A DNA stretch of 62,580 nucleotides, filler included, from Polymyxa betae A26-41 (lineage: Eukaryota; Protista; Endomyxa: Phytomyxea), in NCBI GenBank assembly GCA_003693705.1. It is 5 parts of 5 records of this genome, joined end to end, with 100 filler letters (N's around TTAATTAATTAA, not from the genome) between each part and the next. Parts side by side here need not be neighbours in the genome. Positions count along the whole stretch, not along the records: positions 45,392 to 55,113 come from RBZT01000118.1; positions 55,214 to 59,880 come from RBZT01000258.1; positions 59,981 to 62,580 come from RBZT01000764.1; 2 more parts are not named here. One strand, given 5' to 3'. The notes beneath the pieces were generated by a model. The model was not told where the DNA came from. It saw only the letters and a list, made by a program, of their open reading frames with translations, and ran no database searches. Positions within the stretch are counted from its first letter, which is position 1. Each line of letters starts with the position of its first letter. Both the position numbers and the translations under genes were made by a program. Below, piece by piece: positions 50,694 through 62,580 of this stretch.

Positions 50694-51570
50694 ATGGATT
50701 GGATTGGATTGGATATACTAGTTTGTTGATTTTGTCAACGGGCGGCGCGGTGACCCTCGCGCAAGGCAGGTAGTACTGAGGCATCGCCTCAATATCTACC
50801 AGGGGACTCTAACTTCCAGTTTCAGAGCCGATAATTAATTCACCCATTTATATTAGTCTAGATCACGTCCGGCCTTATTAGAAGAACCTAAGAGAGGTTC
50901 GACAAGATAAGGTAGGCACCCGCCCAATCCTACAGGGACTCGAACCCATGTACCCTAAATCATCTGATACTCCCCTACTGGGTGTTGCCCAGCTTTCTAT
51001 CTACTTCGTTATATATAACATCCGTTATCATATGCGCATGAGAGAAACTCTCCCATAAATTCGCTGTGAGTATAAAGTGCTGAATTAAAACTTCTGATGT
51101 CAAGTTCCTTATATTTGTCTCGAAATTGCTTTAGTTGCTTCTTGTTGTGTTTACATTTAAGTAGTTGATGTTCTACAGTTTCTCTATATCGATTACAATT
51201 TCTACATGTATCATCTGATTCGATGTTGATGTTCTTTAAATGTGCTCTGGCTCTTGTATGTCCAGTTCGTGATCTATTGAGTAGACTATGGTTGCAGTCT
51301 ATACGTTCTTCTATCTCCTCGACCTTACATTCTATGAGAGGAGTCCGGTCAGGGTAATCTGCAAATTGACTTCGTTTGATATTCCTTTCAAGGTATTTAT
51401 GCAATCTAAATTTTTCGCGTTTTTTTAACATCAATCTGTATGTTGAGACCAAATGGGTCATGATCTATTTCCTCGTCACCGAGTTTGCGGCGTATTTGGC
51501 AAGTTCATCACTTTTATATCTATTTCCTCGCTTTGAGCGATTTTTTCTTCTGTGTGGCTTATGGTCCCCA
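50694..51570 (-). mobile_element. 5'-truncated LINE: RNase H end, CCHC knuckle, structured 3' UTR, (CCAAT)n tail
   Basis: SHTEEKIAQSEEID...DELAKYAANS; RSRTGH...CRNCNRYRETVEHQLLKC, a typical ORF2 C-terminus of APE/RNase H LINEs; (ggatt)n at about 50696-50713. Confidence 0.85.
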
Positions 51571-52599
51571 GAATCTGAAGTAAGCAAACATCATGATTAC
51601 TGACCGAGAGCACATTGCAACTAAACATTACCGGCCAATTGCTGCAGAGGTTTTAAAATTGCAGGCCATCTGTCGTTTATTAATAATTGTTTGACAGCAG
51701 TTGCTGCGTCGTTAAAGATAACTTGAAGCTCCTGGATAGGCTGCTTCTTATTCAGTGCAAACAAAGCATGCAGCATGCAGTCAAGGTTGCTATTATTGTC
51801 TCTTGAAGCCGGATCATAGTAATGTAGTCAATCAACGGTCGCATGCCGTCTGCTTCGCGGCGAGTGCGAAGCAAAACCCAAGCGTGTTGCAATCGGATTT
51901 GGTGTAGATTCATAGAGGATTGGGACATCAAGCGACACGAATCGAGAATCACTGAAAACATATTTGCAAATACCCTGAATTAAATGGTTAGAACACCTAT
52001 AAAGCACAATTCCAAATAGTAAACCTCGAAATGAAAGCGTCAGAGTCGACACCGACTTCGGGCCCGCAATAAAATGGGTTCTTGAAATCCAGCCGTACTA
52101 TCCCGGCTTCCAGAGCAGCTTCCTTTTTGCTGAGGCTTGAGCGGCGGCTAACTGGACAATTAGAAAGATGGATCGCATGAGCGTGACGAACAGCAGATCT
52201 GAGAAACAATAAGCTCGGAAGACTGGATTAAAGAACACGAGAAACATATCTTACTTGACACTAGCGTATACAATGCCACAAATATGGCATTGACCAGATA
52301 TCCGCCGAGTTGAACAGTGCTTGTTCCATTGAAAGACGGAATCTAGAAGTTTCGATGGGCTCAATATTTTGAATGTGTTTTTTTCTGCCCGACATGAGTG
52401 ATGCGACATAATAGTTTAAATAGAGGTCGGGGACGTCTATTTATCTGGAAAAAATAAATAGAGATGAGGTCCCGTCGTCGTAATTTCCTCGCCCTCGTCG
52501 CTCCGGCCGCTGTTGCAACTGTTTTCCAAGCCATCGCTGATATTCTTGACAGCGACGATGATGTGGACGATCGTAGTCATCGACGACCGCGCTCTACCG

Positions 52600-52862
52600 A
52601 AGGTTTTCTATGCGACAATTTACGATGTCTCATTTGACGCATCCTGGCTCCCTTGTAGATGCTGCCTCTTTGTTTGGGAGTAAAACTACTGCCCTCCGGT
52701 CCGTCAAACAGATTGTGGATGTCCTTGTAAGCTCGATTTTACCCTCGGTATTTCGTCTGCCTCAATCAAATCGGGAATGGGATGCTTTGGCGACTGGATT
52801 TGAATCATCTGTGGGTTTCCGAACTGCTGCCTAGCTGTTGACGGCAGCCTGTTGAAAATACA
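52600..52862 (+). pseudogene. Harbinger transposase fragment
   Basis: AASLFG...VKQIVDVL...LPQSNREWDALATGFE, then frameshifted GFPNCCLAVDGSLL. Confidence 0.7.
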
Positions 52863-53055
52863 GATGATGATTTAAATATCAAATATGAGTGCCCGTGTAT
52901 GTAACGTAAACAGGATCAAGATGACAACAGCCAAAAAAAAAATTAAAAAAGTGCGAAGTTAGTGCCGCGCTAAGTGCTTTAACTTTGAACGATGAATAAT
53001 TCTCGATCCCAGTTGAATTTTTAAAGGAGCTAATCAGGAACAGAGCATTCGACCG

Positions 53056-53925
53056 ATGACCAACATTCAGCAACATCATGGGTCACACGACACCTTGTCT
53101 GGCTATATTCGAGCTCTCATTTACAGAGGCGGCCGATCCCGGGCAGCGCTAATCGCTCTTGCTGTGGCCATGATCGTTTGCCATCTTGCTGCATTCCACT
53201 CAATTGACCGGTTTATCGTCAGAATTTCTATGCAACAATCTGGTCGGGGGCCTCCAGACCTAAAGGTCCCAGATTCTAGGTTCGGCTATACTCCTGCTGA
53301 ACTTCATGCACTCTATGAATCGTACGGGTCACGAGGCCGACGAAATTACATCTGGTTCGAGATCTTCGACTATCTTGTTATTATGCCCGTCTGTTAGTAC
53401 TCCTTTCATTTTTTAATGGGTGCTAATAAGTGGTTTAACTGTTTTTCAATAACTCTTTGTTTCTTTTGTGGTTCGTGACACTTTTACCGCTTCTTTTAAC
53501 TTTTTACTACCAAATCCCTATCTGAATAATGCTATCATCTTAATTCCCATTTTTGTCTTTATATCTCGCATTCATCAATGATTAAAGTATTGTACCACTC
53601 ATTGTACAGAGTAGTAAATTTCAATTTAGATTTCTCGCTGCTATCGTGCTCTGCTGCATGGCTTTGGCAAAAGCTTGGATTCGGCGAGAGCGGTCTGGCA
53701 ATAGCACTACCTCTCATCCAAGTCACTTCGGATCTGATTGAAAATTTCTTTCAAATCTATACGGCAGTATGTTTCCAGAAAATTCCAGGAAAATCCTGGC
53801 TGGTCGGCGCCATGATCGCCTCTGTTTTTAATCGCATCAAATGGGTCACGTTTGGTCTTACTGCTCTTGAGCTCATCATTCTCGTTGTCAGTCTTTTGTT
53901 TTCGATCAAGAAGAAAACTTCTTAA
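53056..53925 (+). CDS. Uncharacterised multi-pass membrane protein (2 exons)
   Basis: Intron 53393-53629 gives IMPVYFSLL; motifs PDSRFGYT...YGSRGRRNY, LPL...DLIEN, ASVFNRIKW; several hydrophobic helices. Confidence 0.75.
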
Positions 53926-54472
53926 TAGAGCCAAGATTCGTCAACATTCTATAAAATCGTTTTGTGTGTTTTTCAATGATTCGTAAGCTTGTGTCTGCCA
54001 GGGTTGGAATTTTTCGTGGCGGAAAATGTGCGAAATATATCTCATTTCGACGCTTAAGCTGATGCCGATAATAACCGTGAATATCAGGTTCATTTTATTG
54101 GAGATGGACATCCGCACCTGAGAGAAATTTGCTGTAAAGGTTTTTAAAGTTACGGTTTTGCAAGAGGTGCGCATCCTGTATTCATTGGGGAATACTTCGC
54201 CATCTTCAGGCATTGATAGAATTGGAATCCTTCTCACTCAAAGTCCCTCACGTGCGAAGTTTATGTTTCAATTGAGTTCAGCTGTGATAGAGGCGGGAAG
54301 TCGCGACCTCCCGGATCTGATACAGGCTGTAATTTGAGCTGGCGCCAGATTCGATTTGAACTGTATTGAGTCATTTGAGTGGGGCCTCTTCTCCCTGTCA
54401 CCACTTCCTATTGCTCTGCTTCTCTATCTGCTAACCTGCTGCTATCGTCTCTATGGTGTCGCGCCCACCATT

Positions 54473-55030
54473 ATGCAGACGCTCTTGTCAAGCGTTCTGC
54501 TCCTGCTGGTCGCCGCTGCTCATGGCATTGTTCAAATCCCGTTGCGAACGCTGAAAAACGTCGAAGGCGTCCAATTTTATGGCTATGTGGCAGCTGGTAC
54601 CCCAGGACAGACTATACCAGTTTTATTTGACACAGGCTCTTATGAGACCTGGTTCCCAACCTCGTCATATTGTAGTTCGGTGGCGCCATGTACATCGCCT
54701 GGATTCCGGCCATCGTCATCGAGTACTTTTCAGCAGACCTCAGAACCGTTTCAGGTCAATTATCTATCCAGTGCTGTTTCTGGCGTTTTTGGCCAAGACA
54801 ATGTCTCCTTTGGAAACTTATCGACTAATTCCATTATCAATATCGGTAAGTCTGCAAAATGATCTCTGTTTGTTTTGTTTGTTTGTTGTTTTGTTTATTC
54901 GGGTTGTTACGCAAAAGAATGATCTCTGTTGAAAAGGCGACTCGGATGGAGGCCGACTCATGGCTCACCCCTGCCTATGACGCCACTGAGATACCGTTGT
55001 CCGTGGATGGCGAGGACGGTGTCCGTTTTC
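54473..55030 (+). CDS. Secreted pepsin-like aspartic protease (A1), N-terminal lobe only before the contig end
   Basis: Signal MQTLLSSVLLLLVAAAHG; QFYGYVAAGTPGQTIPVLFDTGSYETW; PSSSSTF; flap FQVNY; GVFGQDNV. Confidence 0.85.
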
Positions 55031-55676
55031 TCATCCGCAGTTCTTATAACTGTGAAGGCTAGGAGAGTTCACTTCTCCTGTTGTAATGCGGTAACAAGCC
55101 ATATACAAAAAAANNNNNNNNNNNNNNNNNNNNNNNNNNNNNNNNNNNNNNNNNNNNTTAATTAATTAANNNNNNNNNNNNNNNNNNNNNNNNNNNNNNN
55201 NNNNNNNNNNNNNCACTTGTAAACAAAGGACAATATATTATCCAAACGATTAATGCTTTCACAATAAAACCTGGTATCTCTAAAACCACGGTAAAGCTTG
55301 TCATCATAGCAAAACAGAGCAATTAACGAATATTTGACAAGATACATCACCCATTCCCGGACGTGACAAACCCGCTGCGGAAGAGAAACTAGCCATAAGT
55401 AGACAGGGAGATATGAAATCTTCGTTGCCAATCTGGGGGTCTAACAGACAAGGATAGAAATCATCGTTTGCTGGATTGTATGGAGAGGCCGAGCCATAGT
55501 CGCGTGGTAAATGCGCAACTCGCCATTCGGTTTTCTAGAAGGCTTTTAGCCTTTAGAAGCTGATAGGCGAGGTAATGAGGGAGACCTATGATGTCGTCCT
55601 CCCTCTGGAGCTGGTTCTGTGACCAACACAGGCATTGGGAGAGGACGCCGGTCACACGGCTTCAACCACTTCAGAA

Positions 55677-58600
55677 ATGCTTCGTCGTTTGTCTCACCGC
55701 GTGCTGGCGTCGCCCTTCGGGCATCGCGCCTTCTTCGACTGGGCGCCGAACGTGTCGTATCTGAACAAGTGGTCGAACAATTCCACTCTGAATGAATGGG
55801 TTCTTGATCGTATCAATCTATTTCAGGTATGAAGTGTTATCGGTTCCATTACTTTAGCCAAGCTTTCTCTCACTTTAAAGTTTCACGTTTTTCCCCCTAA
55901 CATTTTCTTGATAGTTTGGCTTTAAGCAACTGGAAAGTAATTTCCGGCTTTTAAATTCACAAGAAAATTCTGCGGTTTTCCCGATCGCCTTTCATTTTTA
56001 GACATAATCTTGACTGTGAAAGCTGATAATTGGTTTAGCCTTCTAGAGTGCATCTATGCGATGGATCCGAAGAGGAATATCAAAAGATTCTCCAGCATAT
56101 GGTCCAGACAGGAGGGCTCGTCCAGCTCGATCCGAAGTTGCGGCCCAATAGTTACCTGGCACGGTCCCATAAAAGTGATGTCGCCAGAGTCGAAGAGAGA
56201 ACCTTTATCTGCAGGTATGACCCGCTTCTGAAATCGATTTTGAGCTCGCCTCGCTCACCCGTATCGTTTTGGCTCTTTCAATGTGAAGATGGAATGTTAT
56301 AAACAGAGCAGGCTGATGTCACGTACGGTTGGAGCTAACGTTTACTTTTGGAGCCATTTCTATGATTTTGCTCTCTCTCTGCATTGCAAAGTTTTTGTGA
56401 TTCATCGCGTTCTAACCGTTTTGTACCAAATAGTGACAGCAAAGAGGATGCTGGACCCAGTAATATCTGGATGGATCCACTCGATGCTCAGCGCACCCTG
56501 AATGGGCTGTTTCAGTCGTCGATGCAAGGTCGTACAATGTATGTCGTTCCATTCAGCATGGGCCCTATTGGGTCTCCTATCAGTCAGGTATTCAGCTTCC
56601 CCATTGTTACACACCTAATATCTTTGCTTTGTTCGCTTATGCTCAAATGGCACATTTGTCGTGAAATATTTCTTCAATTTTTCACGGCCTTCATTCCTGT
56701 TCGTATCTGTTATCTTTCGATTTGCTCTCGCATCGTTTTTTATGCTGAATTTGTGGGATCAGATCGGAGTCCAGATTACCGATTCTCCCTGTACGGTGCT
56801 GTGATATCGTTTGCATGCGCCCTATTGATGCTTATCATCAGATGCTGTCGCTTCAATGCGAATAATGACGCGAATGGGAAAGCCCGCCCTGGATGCCCTT
56901 GGACCAGAAGGCTTCTTCGTACCCTGCATGTTTGCAAACTCGTTTCTGCTTGCTACTCTTATCTTGCTAAAATTTCATCCTCTTAGTCATTCGCTCGGAA
57001 TGCCGTTGAAACGCGATATGGAAGATTCGACATGGCCTTGTGTCCCTGATATGAATGGCAAATTCATTGTTAGTTGTTTTAAAATTTGCTTTGCAGCTTT
57101 TTTCCTGTTTTTTCTTCTTTTTGTTACTGTTGCCATTCGTATTCATTCGTTGCATCCTTTTTGTTTTGTTTCGCATTGTCTTGTTAATTGTCAAGGCGTA
57201 TCCGTCCAAATTTGTTTTCTGCTTATGGCATTGCAAACTTTCTTCATTCTTTTGATGGATTTTCAATTGCAGATGCTGTTTTCTTCCATAAATTGACCTC
57301 AGCCTTGGTTCTAACCTAATTTAGGTGCATTTTCCGGAACAAAGGCGTATTTGGTCGTATGGATCTGGCTACGGTAACTCATCTATGCTTGAAGTGTCTT
57401 TAGCTGTTCTAATGGCGTATATAGGTGGCAATGCTTTGCTAGGGAAGAAATGTTTCGCTTTGAGAATTGCTTCCGCAATGGGCCGCGACGAAGGCTGGCT
57501 CGCTGAGCACATGCTGATCGTCGGTATCACCAATCCTGAAGGCCGAAAGAAGTATTTTGCTGCCGCTTTCCCTTCGGCCTGTGGTAAGGTAAGAGGCTAA
57601 CTCGTTTCACCAAGGCTACCATCTGTGAAGCGTTTTGGATTTTGATTATCAGCTAACATTTTAACATAGACGAATCTGGCGATGATGCTGCCAAGAGTTC
57701 CTGGATGGAAAGTGGAATGCGTTGGTGACGACATGTAAGACTTTAGCCAACCTTAACCGAGATCTCAGCCTGACATAATGCTCAACAGCGCCTGGATGAA
57801 GATCGGCCCCAACGGGAAACTGTATGCCATCAATCCTGAAGCGGGGTTCTTTGGAGTTGCTCCCGGTAATGCAAATCAGCATTGAATTCTTTTGTCTCAT
57901 TTTGGGATCAACTTTCATCGATTTTTTGTGTTTATTGATACCTCTGACCTCTTTTTTTGTTCTTTCTGTTTCAGTTGGCATGCTTCGCACGTTTTAAAAT
58001 TTTTTCTGCTTCATTTTGTATTGCTGCTCAACATTTATCATGTTTAATAACTCAGTTCAGGTTTTTAATCCTTTTCTGTTTTTTTTCGCTGTTGCTTTTA
58101 GACATTTGTTATTTTAGAAAGGCAACTCAGCTCTCTATATTTTCTTAATACTTTCTCTTTGCTTTTACATTTGTTTTTTCGTTTTAAAACAATTCAGCTT
58201 TCTACGTTATTTTTATGGGTTAACATCCCTTTTTAGCCTTTCCAAATGTAGATAGATATCTCAATCTTATATGAACCTGCTTTGAGCCTCTAGATTAACT
58301 TATGGCTGAATTTAGGCACATCTATGGATTCGAATCCGAACGCTATGAAGACGCTCGAAAAAAACGTTGTAAGTGGCTCATTATTGAACCAATCCTTCAA
58401 AGTTAAAAGCTCCATGATAGATATTCACCAACGTGGCTCTCACACCGAATAGTGATGTCTGGTGGGAGGGTATGACCTCGGAGGCGCCCAATCGTCTCGT
58501 TTCTTGGTTACGAACCGAATGGACACCTGGATGCGGTGTCCCAGCTGCACACCCGAATGCTCGATTCACCGTCTCGGCGTCGCAATGTCCTGTCATCGAT

Positions 58601-59612
58601 CCGAGCTGGGACGATCCTAACGGCGTCGAGATCTCGGGCATCATCTTCGGAGGCCGTAATGCTGGCCCGTCTGCGTCTCTGCCGAGCTCTTATTCGCTCA
58701 TAGGTCGTTCTTCGAATATCCCATTGGTCTTCCAAGCACGTGATTGGTCGCATGGGACGTTTATCGGGTCGGTGATGTCTTCCGAGACGACCGCGGCGGC
58801 TGCTGGAAAGCGCGGCGTCTTACGTCCGGACCCATTCGCAATGTGGCCGTTCTGCGGCTACAATATGGGCGACTACTTTGACCATTGGCTTTCGTTCGAG
58901 GAGCGCACCGATCCACGAAACCTGCCCAAGATCTTCCATGTCAACTGGTTCCGGAAATCAGCTCAGGGCAAGTTCCTGGTATGTTTATCGAGTTTAGTAA
59001 GTGTTTCTGATATCCAGTTTAGTGGCCCGGTTTTGGTGACAATATTCGCGTTTTGGAATGGATCTTTAACCGCTGTGATGCTGAAAACAATGATGACACG
59101 TAAGGGTTTCAACTTCTTTCTTCGATAAGCTCTGCCTTTTTCCTGACCGCAAACGGATATAGTTTCTTGTGCTTTGCGTTTCATTATCTTTGTTCGTTTT
59201 TGCTGGGTTGTATCTGCATTGTAACTTTGAGCCATTTTTATTCATTTCAGCTGGTTGAATTTACGTCATTCCATGTCTACCCGTTTTCTTACACTACAAT
59301 TTTTTACATATTTTTGCCCATTATCTGTCAGCATTTTCCGTATATAAAAATTCAGCTTGTTGATCAATTGCTTTTAGGGTGGATACTGCAATTGGTTTGG
59401 TCCCGAAGCCCGGCGTGATCAATACAACGGGCCTTCACCTATCCGACGATACCATGAGCGAATTGCTGGCGGTTCGCGATGCTGCTTTCCGAGGAGAAGT
59501 CAAGAACTATCGCCAGTTCCTGACGCAGTTTGGTGATCGTCTTCCCGCTCGCATTCTAGAGCATCTAGATCGTCTTCAGGCCGATGTTAACAAAGGCTCT
59601 GCAACGAAATAA
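55677..59612 (+). CDS. PCK2: Phosphoenolpyruvate carboxykinase (GTP), probably mitochondrial, multi-exon
   Basis: [12 protein letters not shown] transit-like start; [111 protein letters not shown]. Confidence 0.96.
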
Positions 59613-60093
59613 TCGCGTTCAAGCGATAGGCCCTGTTTTAACTAAATATGAATCTTGTTAATGCTGTTTGAAATGAACATTTACCTTAGGGTTAGGAGCT
59701 TATAAAATAATTTATTATTTAACTACGGCCGTCGGAGACAGGCCGGCCCTGTCCAGGCGGGGCTACCTGGCAGGGGGTCGGATCGGGGGGCTCACACCGC
59801 GGTTCCCGGCAGTAAAAACCTCCGCCGCCCCACCAGTGGGCAGAGGAAAAGCCTGGGAAAGTACGCCGTGATCTCCGCCTNNNNNNNNNNNNNNNNNNNN
59901 NNNNNNNNNNNNNNNNNNNNNNNNTTAATTAATTAANNNNNNNNNNNNNNNNNNNNNNNNNNNNNNNNNNNNNNNNNNNNTCTGCGATAGGAGGTCTGGT
60001 ACTTTGTGTACCGTAGCCGCTAGACTCCATGCTGGAAGCCTGATCCGGAGCCTCGGGTCTTTCGAAACCTGATTCGCCTCATTTAATTTTCGA

Positions 60094-60348
60094 CTACAAA
60101 CGAAGAATCATATCAGAACCTAAGCTGGCGTGCAACTGAGGCCATGACATCGGCTCCTGATTCCGCAGCGCCCACAGCGCTCGGATCAGGCGCTCCTGCC
60201 GACGGTTTTCTTGAGCTTCCCGCCGGCTCTCTAGAGCTTCTCGCAGGGCTTCCCGCCGGGCTTCCTTTTTACAGTCACTGCACCATTTGACGAGAAACAG
60301 CAAGATGGCGACCACTAAAATATACAAAGGTATCAGATCAGTATGCAT
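60094..60348 (-). CDS. Small hypothetical single-TM protein
   Basis: Hydrophobic LIPLYILVVAILLFLV, then repeated RREA units; no family recognised. Confidence 0.3.
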   Translation of the reverse strand: MHTDLIPLYILVVAILLFLVKWCSDCKKEARREALREALESRREAQENRRQERLIRALWALRNQEPMSWPQLHASLGSDMILRL

Positions 60349-62580
60349 TTGGTATAATGGAGAGTACGACCGACCTCCGAACACCGCCGAAGCAATCGTG
60401 ACCTCGCTAATCAGGGTTCGTTTTTGGTGTTTGTGTCGTTGGTCTCCTACTTGAACAAAGAGTCGGCAATTGAGAGCAAATTCAAAATGCTACGTAGTAC
60501 CGTACCGGCGGTCTTGAACTCAAGTAGTGCCAAATGGATTCCAAAAGTGCGTGCTCTTGAAATGCGCGACTACGCATTTTTTCTTTTCTTTATNNNNNNN
60601 NNNNNNNNNNNNNNNNNNNNNNNNNNNNNNNNNNNNNNNNNNNNNNNNNNNNNNNNNNNNNNNNNNNNNNNNNNNNNNNNNNNNNNNNNNNNNNNNNNNN
60701 NNNNNNNNNNNNNNNNNNNNNNNNNNNNNNNNNNNNNNNNNTTTTGTATGGGGAAATTTGAGGAGTTACTCTCTCATTTGTCTGTCTTATCTCTAACACA
60801 GCTGGTCTCCTCTCCTTCTATCTCTCCTTCTATCAAATGGCCTTCCAATTTTCGTTATCTGTTTTTTTAATTCGATCATGATGGGCTCGAACACAAATTC
60901 AGATGTGATGAATGCTGGACGTCACAAGCTGCGTACACGAGAGATCACGGGGTCCCGCATTCCTCTGGTACGCCTCCGTACTGTGTCGATCGATCGGCCC
61001 TGGATTGAGTACAGTTCTGTTTTGTTGGCTCTTTGCTATGATCTTAATAAATTTCACTTCACTAATTGCCACACCACCTGCGTATCTGCTTTATCAATCC
61101 AGAAATCCGCAATTGATCGATCAGCAATTGTTCCAATCCGCAGAGCAAGTCCGACGGGCACTGAACGAAGACCCCGAGAATGCCGAATTTCAAAGCCGTT
61201 CCAGAGCGGGCCAGACACCGACGTCCCGCAGCCCCGTCCAGTGCGGAAGCGAGTTGCCTCATAGCGTCGCAGCCTCTAACGATGCTTCTTGTTCAGGCCT
61301 GTCTAACTGCACTGCCATCTCGGCCTCGTATCGCCTGGTCTTGAAATTCGGAATTCAGTGCTGAGCCAATTCTATATCTTTAATATTTGGGTCAACCGAT
61401 GGTTCACAATCATCACGAATTCATTCTCCGTAGCTTCAGATTCCACATTTGGCCTCGAAGCGTGTTGATCTGCGACAGATTCTCGAATCGGGAAAGCTCC
61501 ATCTTCCACAATTCCTTGGCCGTCTGGGCTTGAAAGAAGTGTAGCAGCAGATCCGCTGATACTGAACATAAGATCTCATCAATCACAACGATCGCATTTG
61601 TTGTTGCTTTTTCAGCCGCCGAGCATGATTCTTGAACAAATCCTTTGTATCATTTCGTCGTGTAAATGATCTGCACTTTCCAAACTGCAAAATTCTCAAT
61701 GCCGATTATCTTATCGCCCCGAAGCTGCCTGGGCCCTTAACCAAATGTTGAGGGCTGAAGATAACAAACAGCTGTTGTGGCAATGAACATCCAGGGTGTG
61801 ATAAACCCAGTCAAAAACAACGAGAATAAAAATGCTTCCAATGGTTTGTGATCAACAGTGGATTCTTGGAGAAGAGGAGAAAGAATGTGGTTTAGTCACT
61901 GAATGTCGGAATTTGGGATTATTCACCACAAAAGGAATAAGGAGGCGAAATTACCGGTAGTATGGGTGATTGGGAATAGAATGAATATAATCATTCATGG
62001 TGCAAGCGATTGTTCAACAACCACGAATTAATTGGCTACAAACTACCCAACTCCATCATTATCTTTTTAACAAACAAAAAACAAAATTGGACATGTTACG
62101 TTTGCTTCACTGCTGTTCTGCCTGACTGATATAAAGAGCCAAAATTTCCTTTCCAATCGCAACGTTTCCTCGTAATTTCATTTTCCATCCGTCGGAGATT
62201 TTGTTTTGGAGCCACTCGCTCGTCTTGACTTTGCGATAAACTGCTGGAGTCGATTTTTGGACGTCGCAGGTCATAGGCACATCCGGGAATTCGCTTTCAA
62301 TTAACTTCATGACGTGATCGACCATGAGAACTAGTGAGAATTTAGCTTTTCATAGCCTTTGGAAGATAATTCATGACCACAATTTTTATCCATAACTCTT
62401 AACGTAAAAATTTCATTTCCATCTTAAAGTCTTTTTCAATAATAATATCATAATTAAATTCCCGTTTCATCAGCCAGTTGGGTTTCTTCAAACCAAGCAG
62501 GATAAGGCGTAGAACATCGCGTTGATACTTCAAACCCTTCCGAACCTTTCATGAGATTCAGTGTGACACGAAATGGACAG

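Noticed and set aside
50900-50990. Intact tRNA gene
   Set aside because: Only a B-box/T-loop-like motif; no acceptor, D or anticodon arms could be built.
60800-62580. Short ORFs at the window end
   Set aside because: Fragmented with many stops and no family motif identified.

Overview
Eukaryotic, intron-rich and transposon-dense genomic DNA. GT-AG introns, interspersed (T)TTAGGG telomere-like motifs and secreted effector-like genes suggest a parasitic protist such as a plasmodiophorid; this is inference only. Four 100-bp N-TTAATTAATTAA-N linkers show the window is a concatenation of contigs. Recognisable host genes are Xaa-Pro aminopeptidase P, a mitochondrial-type GTP-dependent PEPCK, a secreted pepsin-like protease, a multi-pass membrane protein and a secreted glycine-zipper protein. 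There is also a damaged kinase gene with apparent signal peptide - kinase - Ser-rich stalk - single C-terminal TM topology (an ectokinase), and a dispersed, mostly decayed family of F-box-like/PPPF(D/N)R proteins, one of which has a signal peptide. The 28.5-44.7 kb region is a nest of three PIF/Harbinger elements, a Helitron Rep fragment, a Ty3/Gypsy element interrupted by a Harbinger and a solo LTR, and a DD34E Tc1/IS630-like element. An RNase H-bearing LINE family occurs in four fragments; three retain a covarying structured 3' RNA with a (CCAAT)n tail. Several MITEs are present. No CRISPR, rRNA or intact tRNA was seen.
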